Assembly: GCA_951406725.2 (NCBI GenBank)
Contig: OX597816.1
Coordinates: forward strand, 49,104,001-49,168,000
Length of the DNA: 64,000 nt
Source: Octopus vulgaris
Lineage: Eukaryota
Reading direction: 5' to 3'
The translations under genes were made by a program, and so were the position numbers. The notes beneath the pieces are model-generated. The model was given only the letters and a program-made list of their open reading frames with translations, made no database searches and was not told the origin of the DNA. Shown here piece by piece: positions 1 through 12,990 of the stretch; position 1 is the stretch's first letter; the number at the start of each line of letters is the position of its first letter.

Positions 1-899
1 AATTTGTTAAGGTTCATATTATAATAAAAATGTAAATTCTAAAAGTTGACTAAAGGTAAATAAAAAAAAATGCCAGTGAGAAACCCGGGATGAAGGAAAA
101 AATTCCAATAAAACAGCTGCAGCTGACTTGAATGACGCCACTCAGAAAGCAGTACAATAAATATTAGTCGAGCAGTTTGAGGTAGAATAAGTTTTGATTA
201 CATTTATCTTCTAGAGTAATACTTTGAGCATACCGCAAATCATGGATAATCGCTAGATGAGCTTGACGATCCCGTGACGAACCAAGCCCCAGGTGGCCAG
301 TTAGAGCATACCACAAGTCTTCTCATCGATCAAGCCCCGGATGCTCTTGGCGCTACCATGAATAACCAAGTATCAGATGGCTATATTGGTTGGACGTCGG
401 TACTTGCGGTCTCTTTAGCCTAGTTTTTTTGCTGCTGTTGCCGCATTCACACATGTTGGTTAGCAGGGGAAAGATTGAAAAATGAAAAGAGCAGCAAATA
501 TTTATTTAAAAAATTTTAAAAATTAGCAAACAGAAACAAAAAAAAAAATGTTTATAAAAGATATACAATTTAAAACAAAAACATTTTTGAATTGATTTAT
601 TACATTGGTGTTCATATGCAAATAATCATTTTAAAAGTCATTTAAATAAAAATAAATGTATTTTCATATAATACATTTGGCTATGATAAATTTAGTTTAA
701 TTAATTTATCAAATTTTGATATATTTCCATATCATTTTGAGTATTATTTAGTCATTTGTAATTTTGAATAATTAATTATTCTTGAATAAATAATTATTTC
801 ATTCTGATGTAAATTAAACATTTGATTTAAACGAAAACATATTTAAACATTTCGGGACTAGCGCTTCCTATGGGACATTAAATAATATTTTTCGAATTA

Positions 900-1017
900 T
901 ATTCCACGGAAGTCGACTTTGCTTTTCATCCTTTCGGGGTCGATAAATTAAGTACCAGTTGCGTACTGGGTTGATTTAATCGACTGGCCCTTTCCCCCAA
1001 ATTTAGAGTAGAAAAGA
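900..1017 (+). mobile_element. SINE family B fragment
   Basis: gtcgactttgcttttcatcctttcggggtcgataaattaagtacc. Confidence 0.85.
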
Positions 1018-2257
1018 AAGAATATTTTTCTAAATATATATTTAAAACTTTATTTGCCACCATTTTGGTTTTGATATTGTCTCTTTCGCCTCTGTTTCAT
1101 ATAAAATATATAACATAAGTTCAAATTTACAAACGGAATACAACCTAAAAGACAGATTGATAATAATTATAAATACATGCTTAAATAAATAATAAAGCGA
1201 GAAAACTTCGCCCTACATGTGGTTTGAACTCACAATAGCAGCATACATCTCGACTTGCGAAAAAATGAAAGGAAATGCCGTCGTTAGGTACTGCGCGGAA
1301 ACCGATTGTGCTACCGGGAAATTCCCGTTATAAAATTTAATTTGAATAATATCTATAAACACACACAAACATGCATGTATGCTTACTTTGCTTGTGACGA
1401 CCAATCAAAGGAGATGACAGCGTCGTTCCTGGACATTCATCATCCTCTACCTCCAGCACATTGTTTTTTTATGAGAGCAGACCTGGTTGCCAAGACCGAT
1501 ACGAAATAGGCAGATCATGTGGCAATGACGACACTACAAGGGACCCCAAACAACAGCCTCAGGGGGTTGATGTCGATGTCTCCTCTCTTCATGCGGTCTT
1601 TGTGTTTGGATTCGATGCACTCTATTCCAGCATCCCACACGGATTTCTATGCCTTACGATTAACAGCTATGGCCTCCAAGCGATTAAGAGGGTCACCGCT
1701 TAAAATGGGAAAGCACTTGAGATGATCCTGAAAACGAAGTGTCCGATGTCTATGAGTCCTACCTCGAGTCGCTGAAGAAGCTATCTTTGGGAACAGCTTA
1801 CCCGACATCAGAATCACACGGCCAATATAGCGAGGAAAATGACGAAGGACGCAGGTATCAATGCTGTAGATCTCAACACTCAGGAGGATTTCGATATGAG
1901 GCACCTTGTCCGACCACGAGAGACCGAGGATACTTTGGAACGATATGATATGGAACGCTTCTAGTTGTCTGATCTGGTGCCGATAAAAGCCCTTTATATG
2001 TATGTATGTATGTATGTGTGTCCACACACACGCCAATGTATATTACAAACATGCACACACATATAGATCTTTAGCAATCAACCACAAGTGATGACATTTT
2101 TTTTTGTTTTGTTCTATTAATTTAATTTCGTTTAATATTGTAGAATTATACAAAATATTTTCTAAAAATAAGAAATATTGTAGATTAAAGATGAATTTGT
2201 ACCTTACTTTAACTTAAATTTCATTACATTTTGTTCCATAAGCTTTTGTTACTGCAG

Positions 2258-4378
2258 TAATTCTGGCGAAGTTTACAGAGTTATATTTCTATCTAGTATT
2301 AAGGAGTAAGTGAAACAAAAATAATGAAGAAATAAGAAGCTACAGTACTAAGAAGTTACATCTATGCAGTCATTGCTTTCCCATTTTGATCGTAACTATT
2401 TCATACCCAACAAATTTTCTAGAATATTTCGAAATGGAGTGAAGTACTGTTCCTTAGCTACGGGATTTAGAAGCGATCTCGAAAAAGTCAATGTTGACAT
2501 TAAAAATATTATTCATTCGCTGCCGTAGGGAAATGATCTCTTTCCATATAAACGTTAACCTCATATCAAGTGACACTGCAGCAAAACAATAGTTACAGAA
2601 TTCTTAAAAGCGTTTTAACTGGAGATTACACATAGAAAAAGATACAGGCTGCAGGCTGGTTTCAAGAGTTTTTCATAGCTATTTGAAATTATGTACCGCA
2701 CCAGTATTTATCAGACATACCGAAAGGTTAGATATTTTTTAGTGTTTGGTTTGACTGGATGGAAAAAAAATATACATAACCATGTCGGACAATTAACATT
2801 TATTGTGTGCATTTTTGTAGCTCTGTGTCTTTAGGCAAGACTGCTAATGGTTTTTCGCTTGAGGTATAATGACTTATGTAGGACTCCAGTTTATTCACTT
2901 CCTATAATCAATAGGAATTAACCTCCATCACATATACTCACCTAAACGATTTTTAAGTCAGCAATCATGTCCTGAATCACAAATCCGAATTGAACTACCA
3001 TTTCATACGCCCGATTTTTGTTTTCTAACATTTTATTCTTTAATATGTTCTTTTTCGTAATTGTAGGGAAGATTTATCTCATTTAATGGAATATTTGATA
3101 TGTCTTTCTTGAACCAGTCTTTGGGAAGTGGTTCAAAGGCTCACGTAACTCAAGGAATTGATATTAGGTAAGTTGATTTTCATTATTTTGATTTATTGAT
3201 TCTGAACGGATTTTTACGCCCATAAAAAAGGAGAAACAACAGTTTTCGTTTCATAGAAAGCTATATTAGAAGAATATACTTGAGATTTAAAACTATATAT
3301 GATGTATGCTAGCTTGTGTAATAAAAATAGAGATCTGTAGAGCAAGAAGATCGTTGTAAGGTGAATTTGCAACGAGATTTCGATTCTTCATTGAACCTAT
3401 CACAGTACACTATGTAGGTGTTGACGTGGAAAAAAGAAGATAATCATAAAAACCTATCTCTATTCTTTAAACAGTAGACCAGTGTTTTTTTTTTATTTTG
3501 GCGTGCGCAAATATAGAAATAACTGTCAAACCTATATCAAATTGCAACAATCTTCTTTTTTGAAAGATACACATATGACGTATTCCTAATGTAAAGAAAA
3601 AAAAAAAGAAAAAAGGCAGCAAGGCCACAATAAGAATATCCTTGATCATAGGTCTGCACAATAAAAAATGTCCTGGGATAGAAAAACAAAACAATACAGT
3701 AACATCTGCAATAGTAACTATTAACTCCGTTTCCTTTTCGTATCAATTCAGGAAAGTTAAAGAAGTAAACAATGTCCTGTTCCACTATATGTGCATTGAC
3801 AAACTGCAAGGTATATATGTGGATTCAGACAGACAATATAATCGAAGTACGCTCAGCAAACAGATTCTGGACAACTTCAACCGCTGCTCTCTGCAAATAC
3901 ATGCTATTTTTGAGAAGTCGAAAAAGAAAGCGGTAAGATATTTTTCAATTTTCAGTGTTCTCTTTATTCATATTCTTATTAAGTATATAGGAAGTGAAAA
4001 TCGTAAGGGTAGTATATTCATGCACGCACGCATCCATATACACATATTTACGCGCACACATTTATGCATATACCCTAATATAAACTAATATGTGTAAGAA
4101 AATCTTTGCAAGGGATATTATATGACTGATAACCAAAAAGAGGATGTCATTTGGTCTGTAGGATGCGTTTCAGAAGGCGTTAAAAAAAAAATAATATGAG
4201 CAGATATGGCATACCTTAAAACATTTGAAACGTACATTAAGAGGTACTGAGTCAGGATATTGCGGATAGAATACACGCTGAACCCATTTAGTGGTGGAGG
4301 GACATACTCTATTGCTTACCTTTTGCATTAACGATATGTGTCGAAGAAAGATTAGCAAAAGTTTAATGAATGCAATGG
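2258..4378 (+). pseudogene. Cluster of 7 spliced exons of a decayed protein-coding gene (2258-2305, 2423-2524, 2599-2726, 2821-2863, 3067-3167, 3752-3932, 4162-4378)
   Basis: Each segment has an AG acceptor and GT donor (e.g. ttactgcag|..|gtaagt, ttgtag|..|gtaagt, ttcag|..|gtaaga, ctgtag|..|gtgagt). Phases chain 2-2-2-2-0-2-0-1, reading NSGEVYRVIFLSSIKE/IFRNGVKYCSLATGF../SVSLGKTANGFSLE/GRFISFNGIFDM../KVKEVNNVLFHYMC../DAFQKALKKK*YEQ. Exon 2599 needs a 1-nt indel; exon 4162 has 3 stops. Confidence 0.7.
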
Positions 4379-4443
4379 GTGAGTAATAACTATTCGATCT
4401 AAAGTAAGCTGAACAACTGGTGATGATTACAAGAACAACTAAT

Positions 4444-4615
4444 GTGGAGGCGCAATAGCCCAATAGTTAGGGCAGCGGACTCGCGGTCGTAAGGACGCGG
4501 TTTCGATTCCCAGACCTGGCACTGTGAGTGTTTATTGAGCAAAAACACCTAAGCTCCACGAGGCCCCGGAGGGGTGGGGGTGGGGTGAACCCCCTGTACT
4601 CTTTCACCACAACTT
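4444..4615 (+). mobile_element. SINE family C (tRNA-like head), partial
   Basis: ggaggcgcaatagcccaatagttagggcagcggactcgcgg..ggtttcgattccc. Confidence 0.8.
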
Positions 4616-5942
4616 CCATGGTTCCTCTGCCACAAAGCAGAGGAACCACGGTGTAACTCACTATGGTGTAGTAAACTTTCAGAACCTAGTCTAGATTGCG
4701 AATCCTCTCTACCCCAGGATGGTTCAACTCTCCACTCGTTAAAAGCCACCGTTTACGGAATGAGGATAACAACGTAGCTTTCGCACCCGTGCAACCGCCA
4801 GTCCATCGTGTGTGGTGTATGGATCTTCAAGTTGCCACACGCATTTTTAGTAGCTTAGAGTAGGCTCGAATTAGAGATTATTCTTTGAGGCTAATGACGT
4901 GAGTCCTGATTGGAAGACGAAGAAGAGGAACGACTAATATCGGTTAGTGCTATAATATTGGTTTCAAGTTTTTTGTACAAGGCCAGCTATTTCGGAGAAG
5001 GTAAGTCTATTACATCGGCTCCAGTGCTTAACTAGGGTTTTAGGTAGTTTACAGGCTTCTGAATTAACTCTTTGTCTGTCTGTCTCTCTCTGTCTCTCTC
5101 TCTCACACACACACACTCCTATACATACAGTGTCGAAACTATAAAAATATCCGTTAGGCAGCTGGTGATAGCCACATATGCTTGATGAATATGAAACTAG
5201 TCTATCTTTCTTCTGCGTGGATCATGGTGGTTCTTCATTAAAATGCTTGTTCTCTGCGGGTTAAACGTATTTAAGGGTTCTTGGTTACTTGATTCCTGTT
5301 ACTTTTGTTGTATATTTTATACCATACATTAATACTGCGTGACCCCGAATACGAATGACCCCCTCCTTGTTTTCTTTGTATCGTCTGTCTGGATGTTTTG
5401 AGTTCTTGTCCCATTTTTGTATTTCTTATATATAAAATATAGCAGCATACGGACGCTTTGTTTTCTTATATGTAGGTATATATATATATATATATATACG
5501 ACTCTATTATTCTATTATTTCGTTCTTCCCTTCTTTCTATCAGCCCTTTCACACTTCGTTCATTCCACTCTCCCTACTTTCGTTTCCCCCCTCTCACATT
5601 TCTTGGCCTTCACTTCATGCTCACTTTCCCTTCTCTTTCATTTCACTGTCTCTTTCGTTTTTCTCGCACCTCCTTAATTCTTCTATCCCTCTGCATCTAC
5701 CCCATCTCTTCTCTCCCCACGTGACCAGTGTTCAGCCAGGCCAAATGCTCTTAACTTAGTTTTCGTTGGGGCTGGCCAGATTGGAGCAATCTCAAGTATA
5801 ACCAGCCGAAATTGCAAAGATAATCTGGAACTCGACTGAGGATAAAAATCTCCGAATGACTCAGCCTTGTTTTATTGATCCTCTGTCTAGATATTTTGCG
5901 TTATTGCGCCATTTTCTATGTATATATATATATACACTTTTC

Positions 5943-6100
5943 ACGGTCTTTTTCTGTTTCTGTCTATCAATACTATCAGAGGGCTTTGATGCTCTCGAGG
6001 ATATAGTAAAAGACACTTGCCAAAGATTCCACACAGTAGACCTGAACCTAGAACCATGTAGTTGGGAAGCAAACTCCTCATCACACCGTCACGCCGCACT
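5943..6100 (-). mobile_element. SINE family A, diverged 5' part
   Basis: tttctgtttctgtctatcaa..aagacacttgccaaag..gaaccatg. Confidence 0.6.
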
Positions 6101-6174
6101 TACGCTACTCTTGCACCTATGTCCAAAATTAAGTCTGTGTCTGCATCTCGCATACACCTATATCATACCTGCAC

Positions 6175-6958
6175 ATATATATATATACTTATATATATAT
6201 ATATGTATTTATGTATATGTATGTAATGTATATATATGTACATGTATATATATATATATATATGTATGTACGAGTATACACATATATGCATTTGTATAAA
6301 TATGTATATATATATAGGTATATGTATATCTATATATGTATGTATACATATATATGTATGTATGTATACATATATGTATATATATGTATGTATACATATA
6401 TGTATATATATGTATGTATACATATATGTATATATATGTATGTATACATATATGTATATATATGTATGTATACATATATGTATATATATGTATGTATACA
6501 TATATGTATATATATGTATGTATACATATATGTATATATATGTATGTATACATATATGTATATATATGTATGTATACATATATGTATATATATGTATGTA
6601 TACATATATGTATATATATGTATGTATGTATACATATATGTATATATATGTATGTATACATATATGTATATATATGTATGTATGTATACATATATGTATA
6701 TATATGTATGTATGTATACATATATGTATATATATGTATGTATGTATACATATATGTATATATATGTATGTATGTATACATATATGTATATATATGTATG
6801 TATACATATATGTATATATATATGTATTTATGTATACATATATGTATATATATATATCTGTATGTATGTATGTATGTATGTATATATGTATGTATGTATA
6901 CATATATGTATATATGTATGTATATATATATTTATATATATGTATATATATATATATA
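6175..6958. repeat. TA/TATG/TACA compound microsatellite with ~28-32 bp higher-order period
   Basis: Repeating tacatatatgtatatatatgtatg(tatg) units. Confidence 0.95.
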
Positions 6959-8938
6959 TTAAAAAACATAAACTCCAAAACAACATGATGTCTATCATCA
7001 ATAGTCAGCGAAGAGCTGAAGAGGCCTGGGCCATTGAGAAGATCAAACTCAATCCCAAAGTGTTCTTTTCATTTGCAAAAAAACACAGAGTCGCTGGTTC
7101 TACTGTTGGCCCTCTGATTGATGAAAATGGTACTCTTCAAGACAATGCCAAAACCATGGGAGAGATATTGCAGAAACAATATTGCTCTGTTTTCAGCAAT
7201 CCTGATATGACTGATCTGGGCTGTATCAGTGATGTTACTCCCCCGATACACTTTATAGGACATAACCTTTGGCGCTCCTGATGTCTTAGCAGGAATAAAG
7301 GAAATGAAGCATAATTCAGCAGTAGGTCCCGATAGGTTCCCTGCTTGTGTCTTGAAGATGTGTCAAAACCAACTTGCACCCCCTCTAGCCAATCTGTGGC
7401 GGAACTCACTGGATGCTGGATATATACCAGAAGACCTATCCCAGTCTGTTGTCCCAGTTTTCAAAAAAGGAAACAAATCGCTTGCCGTGAATTACCGTCC
7501 AATCTCACTCACCTCTCATATCATTAAGGTATTTGAGAGAGTGCTGAGATCGCGTATGACTCACTTCCTTGAGAGTCATAATATGCTGAACTCCAACCAA
7601 CATGGATTCCGTAATGGGAGAGATTGCCTGACGCAGCTATTGCATCATTTTGATGACATTTTGAGAGCCTTGGGAGAGGGTTCCAACACTGATGTCATCT
7701 ACCTTGATTTCAGCAAGGCCTTTGACAGGGTTGATCATAAGATCCTTCTGAGAAAGCTGTCCAATATTGGTGTCACTGGAAAGCTGCTGCAGTGGATCAA
7801 GTGCTTCCTGTCTAACAGAACCCAACATGTAGTCGAAGGAGTCAAATCCAGCCCAGCCAAAGTCAGCAGTGGGGTCCCACAGGGCACTGTGTTGGGCCCA
7901 CTTCTCTTCATCATCTACATAAATGATATTACTGACACCATGAAACACAGTAACATCAGAACCTTCGCTGATGATTCCAAGCTCCAGAAGGTCATCAATG
8001 GCGTGGATGACCGTATAAGCCTTCAGTCAGACCTACTGGCTGTTGTCCAATGGGCGGAAAAGAATAACATGTTGCTAAACGAAGACAAATTCGAACTGAT
8101 CCACTTTGGAAGGGAGGACGCTCTGAAACTCCCATACTCCCTTCCTTCTGGAGAAATTCTCATGGCATCCAACAACATCAGAGACTTGGGAGTAACAGTG
8201 GACAACAACATAAGCTGGGCTACACATATAAGCAGCAAAGTTGACATAGCCCGCAGAATGTGTTCCTGGATTCTCAGAACCTTCCAGTCGAGAGATTCCC
8301 ACACTATTATCCTTCTCTTCTCCACTTTTGCCCGACCCCACCTTGAATACTGCTGTCCACTGTGGTCTCCCTACACAAAACAAAATATTATGAGAATTGA
8401 AGCTCCCCAAAGGTCAATCACAAAAAAGATAGATGGCATGTCAGACCTTTACTACTGGGGTAGACTAGAGAAGCTGAAACTGTATTCACTCCAACGACGC
8501 CGTGAACGCTACATTATCTGTATGATGTGGAAAATATTCTATCAGCACTATCCGAATGATGTTGGCATCACCTTCAAAATACATCCAAGGCTTGGACCAC
8601 GTGCCATCCGTCCACAACAAAAATCTAAATCGCATCACATAACGACAATACGGCACAACTATTTCACCTCAATTGGACCCGCTCTCTTCAACATTACACC
8701 AGGACACGTCAAAAAAGAAACTGACCACACAAAATTCAAGAAGTCTTTGGACAAATTCCTTCAAACAGTCCCGGACAAACCACCCACACCCGGATATGTC
8801 TCCGCAAACAATAACTCTCTGCTCGAATGGGCCTTGGTGCCCAAATCCTGAATTGAAAGACTTCGCCAGGTGGTGCTATTAAGTTAGACATGGCCTGGGC
8901 CAATACTGGCCAAAACCTTTCTAAGTTATTCTAAGTTA
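6959..8938 (+). mobile_element. 5'-truncated CR1/L2-group LINE inserted in a TA/TATG microsatellite
   Basis: ORF2 remnant from ~6960 ([26 protein letters not shown]) with a frameshift/stop near 7255. RT ORF 7304-8851, short 3'UTR with hairpin ggccaatactggcc and a (ttctaagtta)x2 tail. Microsatellite on both sides. Confidence 0.9.
7304..8851 (+). CDS. LINE reverse transcriptase (partial ORF2, 515 aa)
   Basis: Motifs NYRPISLTS, QHGFR, YLDFSKAFDRVDH, SGVPQGTVLGPLLFIIYIND, FADD, RPHLEYCCPLWSP. Confidence 0.9.
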   Translation: MKHNSAVGPDRFPACVLKMCQNQLAPPLANLWRNSLDAGYIPEDLSQSVVPVFKKGNKSLAVNYRPISLTSHIIKVFERVLRSRMTHFLESHNMLNSNQHGFRNGRDCLTQLLHHFDDILRALGEGSNTDVIYLDFSKAFDRVDHKILLRKLSNIGVTGKLLQWIKCFLSNRTQHVVEGVKSSPAKVSSGVPQGTVLGPLLFIIYINDITDTMKHSNIRTFADDSKLQKVINGVDDRISLQSDLLAVVQWAEKNNMLLNEDKFELIHFGREDALKLPYSLPSGEILMASNNIRDLGVTVDNNISWATHISSKVDIARRMCSWILRTFQSRDSHTIILLFSTFARPHLEYCCPLWSPYTKQNIMRIEAPQRSITKKIDGMSDLYYWGRLEKLKLYSLQRRRERYIICMMWKIFYQHYPNDVGITFKIHPRLGPRAIRPQQKSKSHHITTIRHNYFTSIGPALFNITPGHVKKETDHTKFKKSLDKFLQTVPDKPPTPGYVSANNNSLLEWALVPKS

Positions 8939-9066
8939 TATGTATATATGAATATATATATGTATGTATATATGAATATATATATGTATATATGTATGAA
9001 TATATATGTATGTATATATAGGTATGAATATATATGTATGAATATATATGCTTGTATATATAGATG

Positions 9067-9122
<56 letters not shown>

Positions 9123-9426
9123 CATATGTATATATATGTATATATATATGTATATATTTTTGTATATATATATGTATGTACATATGTAGATGTATATATA
9201 CATATACACAATGTATATATATATTGGTGAATATCTTTGGAGGCGCTGTTCTGTTATGACCACAAACAATTGAGTCTAGCCAGTTAAAGTGCATGTATTA
9301 ATAATGCGTTTCATGTTTTCTGTGCTACAGTTGTTCACATCTGAAAATTAGAAATTTTAGCGAGATAGCCCCATCCATTCTTTGTTTTTGCTATGTTATG
9401 CACTTTTAAACAATTGATTATCGCAG

Positions 9427-9489
9427 GAAGACTTTAACACGCACTGGAAAATCTAATAACAGATGTACATGTTAAAAGTAATGAGATGA
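9427..9489 (+). pseudogene. Decayed exon of the same gene relic
   Basis: atcgcag|..|gtaagt, 63 nt, phase 1->1 matching the exon ending at 4378. Reads GRL*HALENLITDVHVKSNEM with one TAA. Confidence 0.5.
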
Positions 9490-9903
9490 GTAAGTACTAC
9501 TGCTGTGAAACAACGGCAGTAAAATGAATAGCTCGCTGGAAATAGGAGGCGAATTACAATATTTGGTGAAAAATGTAACCAGAAGTGTTTGATGTAAAAG
9601 TGCTGCAATTAATTCTGATTTAACACACTAGAGCCTGATATATGTATGAAATGGGAATTGGTACATTAGGAGGTATAAGAACTTATTCAAATCCAGCGCT
9701 GACTACTCAGTGTATTCGATGTGTTACATCTCTAGTGTTCTTACTAATGGAACTTGTTTTCATGGCATATGGAAATTTGGCGGAATTCTTGAAACATAAC
9801 TTATAACCCTTCATAACTTTTTTTTTTGTGGAATTTTTGGAAAATCTTATCGAATTTATATTCTACACAGGGAATTCACAACACTATTCTTTTCTATCTT
9901 TTA

Positions 9904-10275
9904 TTTTTTTACTTGTTTCAATCATTTGACTACGGCCATTCTGGAGCACTGCCTTTAGTCGAGCAAATCGACCACAGGACTTATTCTTTGTAAGCCTGGT
10001 ACTTATTCTGTCGCTCCTTTTTGCCGAACCGCTAAGTTACGGGGACGTAAGCACACCAGCATCGGTTGTCAAGCGATGTTGGGGGGACAAACGCAGACAC
10101 ACAAACATATACACACACATACATACGTATGTATATACGTCGGGCTTCTTTCTGTTTCCGTCTACCAAATCCACTCACAAGGCTTTGGTCGGCCCGAGGC
10201 TATAGTAGAAAACACCTACCCAAAGTGCTACGCAGTGGGACTGAACCTAAAACCATGTGGTTGGTATGCAAGCTA
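9904..10275 (-). mobile_element. SINE family A
   Basis: Reverse complement of 28785-29176. Confidence 0.9.
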
Positions 10276-10829
10276 TATATATTTTTTAATTTTCGAAATT
10301 TTTTGTAAAAGAATTTTTGCTTTTCAAATTTTCGATCTTTTTTAAAAAATCACAGTTTAAAATACGGTTAGTCCGAAGTTGTGGCTTAAATCCTAAGAAT
10401 AGACCAGTAAATTTGTTTACGGGGAGAAAGATGTCGAAAAATATCAGTAAACCAGACAAGTGATTAAACAAGATGGGTATGAGATAGTCAGGAGATTTGC
10501 TAAAAATAACAGCTAAATAGCTCTTAAATCCCGCAGAAATTTGTTTTTATTTTGGTTTTTGCATAATCATCAATTCCCGTGTGTAGAATGCAAATCCGCC
10601 AAAAATTCTTTTAAATTAAAAAAAAAAAATGGTATGAGGGGTTATATAGAATACATAAAGCAGAATTCTGCTGGACATTTATACTGGAAATAGTTGTGTG
10701 ATAGTTAAGCGAGAAAAAAATATAATTCACACGAGGAAAAAAAAGTATTGAACTGTTTATTTTTGACTTAAAAGATTAAAGTTTTGTTAAAAAGAAATCA
10801 AAAGTAATTCTTCTTAATTTTGAGGAGAG

Positions 10830-12990
10830 GAGAAGGTTGCTTACATCGACTCCAGTACTCGATCGGTACTTATTTTGTCGACCCCGAAATGATTGAGAAG
10901 CAAAGAAATCTCATTAGAATTTGACCTAAGAATAGAAAAAGACAGACACAGATAAATCTAAGCACTTTTTTCGGCGTGGCAATGATTCTGCCTGCTTACC
11001 GAGTTCAAATAAATAAATATAATGACTCAAAAAACGGCGAGCTGGCACAAACGTTAGCACGCCAGGTGAAATGTGTAGCCGTATTGCGTCTGACATTACG
11101 TTCTGAGTTCAAATTCCGCCCAGGTCAACATTGCCTTTCATCCTTTCGGGGTCGATAAATTAAGTACCAATTACGCACTGGGGTCGATGTAATCGACTTA
11201 ATCCGTTTGTCTGTGCTTGTTTGTCCCCTCTGTGTTTAGCCCCTTGTGGGTAGTAAAGAAATAGAAATATATATATAATGGCTCAAAATTTTGGCAGAAA
11301 GCCAGCAATTTTAGCGGTAGGGTTAAAGACGAGAACATCAATCCTACGGTTCAACTGATACTTACTTTATCGACCCCGAAAGGATAAAAAGCGAATACAA
11401 CCTCGGGTGTATTTGAACTCAGAATGTGAAGAAAGAAAAATACACGGAAGCATTTTATTTGCTTGTCGTGCAAACGATACTTATTTCTTTATTGCAGGAC
11501 AGACAAAGGAATTAAGCCGATTATATCGACCCCAGTGTGTAACTGGTACTTATTCAATCGATCCTGAAAGGATGAAAGGGAAAGTCGTCCTCGGCAGAAT
11601 TTGAACTCAGAACGTTATGGCAGACGAAATACTGCTAAGTATTTCGCCTGGCGTGCAAACGATTCTGCCAGGTCGCTGACTTAAAGAAGTGAAATATGAT
11701 GAAAATATTTGCTCCTTACTAAATAGATTTTGAACAGTAAAGACAAAGTTCAGACATATTATTTATAAGAAATCTGTTTAAACTGAGACCACTCATCTAG
11801 TATGATTAACTGATGTAAGTAAATGATAAATACATTATTTCTTACGGTCAGTTATATTCTGAGTTGTGATCGCATCGAGGTCAATTTCGTTTTTCGTCGT
11901 TTTAAGTTCAATAAAATTAAGTACCGGATAAGTCTTGAGGTCGTTATAATTAATAGGAACTATTCATTAAATTTCAGGTCTTTTGCCTATATTAGAAATG
12001 ATTATTATCAAGAGTCGCTAAAACATTTTGCAATATGCTAGGGAATAAAGCGGCGAGCTGGCAGAATCGTTAGCACGCCGGGCGAAATACCTAGCGGTAT
12101 TTCATCTGCCGCTACGTTCTGAGTTCAAATTCCGCGGAGGTCGACTTTGCCTTTCATCCTTTCGGGGTTGATTAAACACTGGGGTCGATATAATCGAGTT
12201 AATCCGTTTGTCTGTCCTTGTTTGTCCTCTCTGTGTTTAGCCCCTTGTGGGTAGTAAAGAAATAGGTATTTTGTCTGTCTTTATGTTCTGAGGTCAAATT
12301 CCGCCGAGGTCAACTTTGCCTTTCATTCTTTCAGGGTCGATAAATTAAGTACTAATTGCATACTGGGGGTCAATCTAATGGACTGGATCCGTCCCCCAAA
12401 ATTTCGGGCCTTGTACATATAGTAGAAAAGAATATTTTGGGGGATGAATTGTAGAATGGTCTGAACATTGGACAACATGCCTTGCGGTATTTGCTCCTGC
12501 TCTATACATTCTGAGTTTAAATCGCCGAGGTCAATTTTGTTTTCCTTCCTTTCGGGGCCGACAAAATAAAGAAGTTCCAGTCAAATACTGCGAACAATGG
12601 TATCGATTAAACCGCTTCCCTTAAATTTCAAGTCTTGTTCTTTTATCAGAAATTACTTAGGACAGTGGAGGCTTTAAAGCTTTAAGAGTGCTTTTAAGTA
12701 CAGGAGTGGATGTTATCAATTAATCACATCCCTTTAAAATTGCTGGCCTTGGAACATAATAAGAAACAATTGTAAGTATGGTGGACTGGCAGAATCGTTT
12801 GTACATCGGGTAAAATGCTTTCTGGTATATTTCTTCAGGCTCTTAGCATTCTGAGTACAAAGCTCACCGGTGTGGACTTTGCTTTTCGGGTCGATAAAAT
12901 AAGGTACCAATCAAATACTACGCCAAATGGCATCGGCAACCGCTCTCCCTCAAAACTACTAGCCTTCTGTGTAAAACAGAAAGCATTATT
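10830..12990. mobile_element. Cluster of about 8-9 SINE family B copies in both orientations
   Basis: ggcgagctggcagaatcgttagc..ttctgagttcaaattccgccgaggtcgactttgcctttcatcctttcggggtcgataaa occurs on + at ~11035, 11860, 12048, 12270, 12440, 12782 and on - at ~10830, 11320, 11511. Confidence 0.85.
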
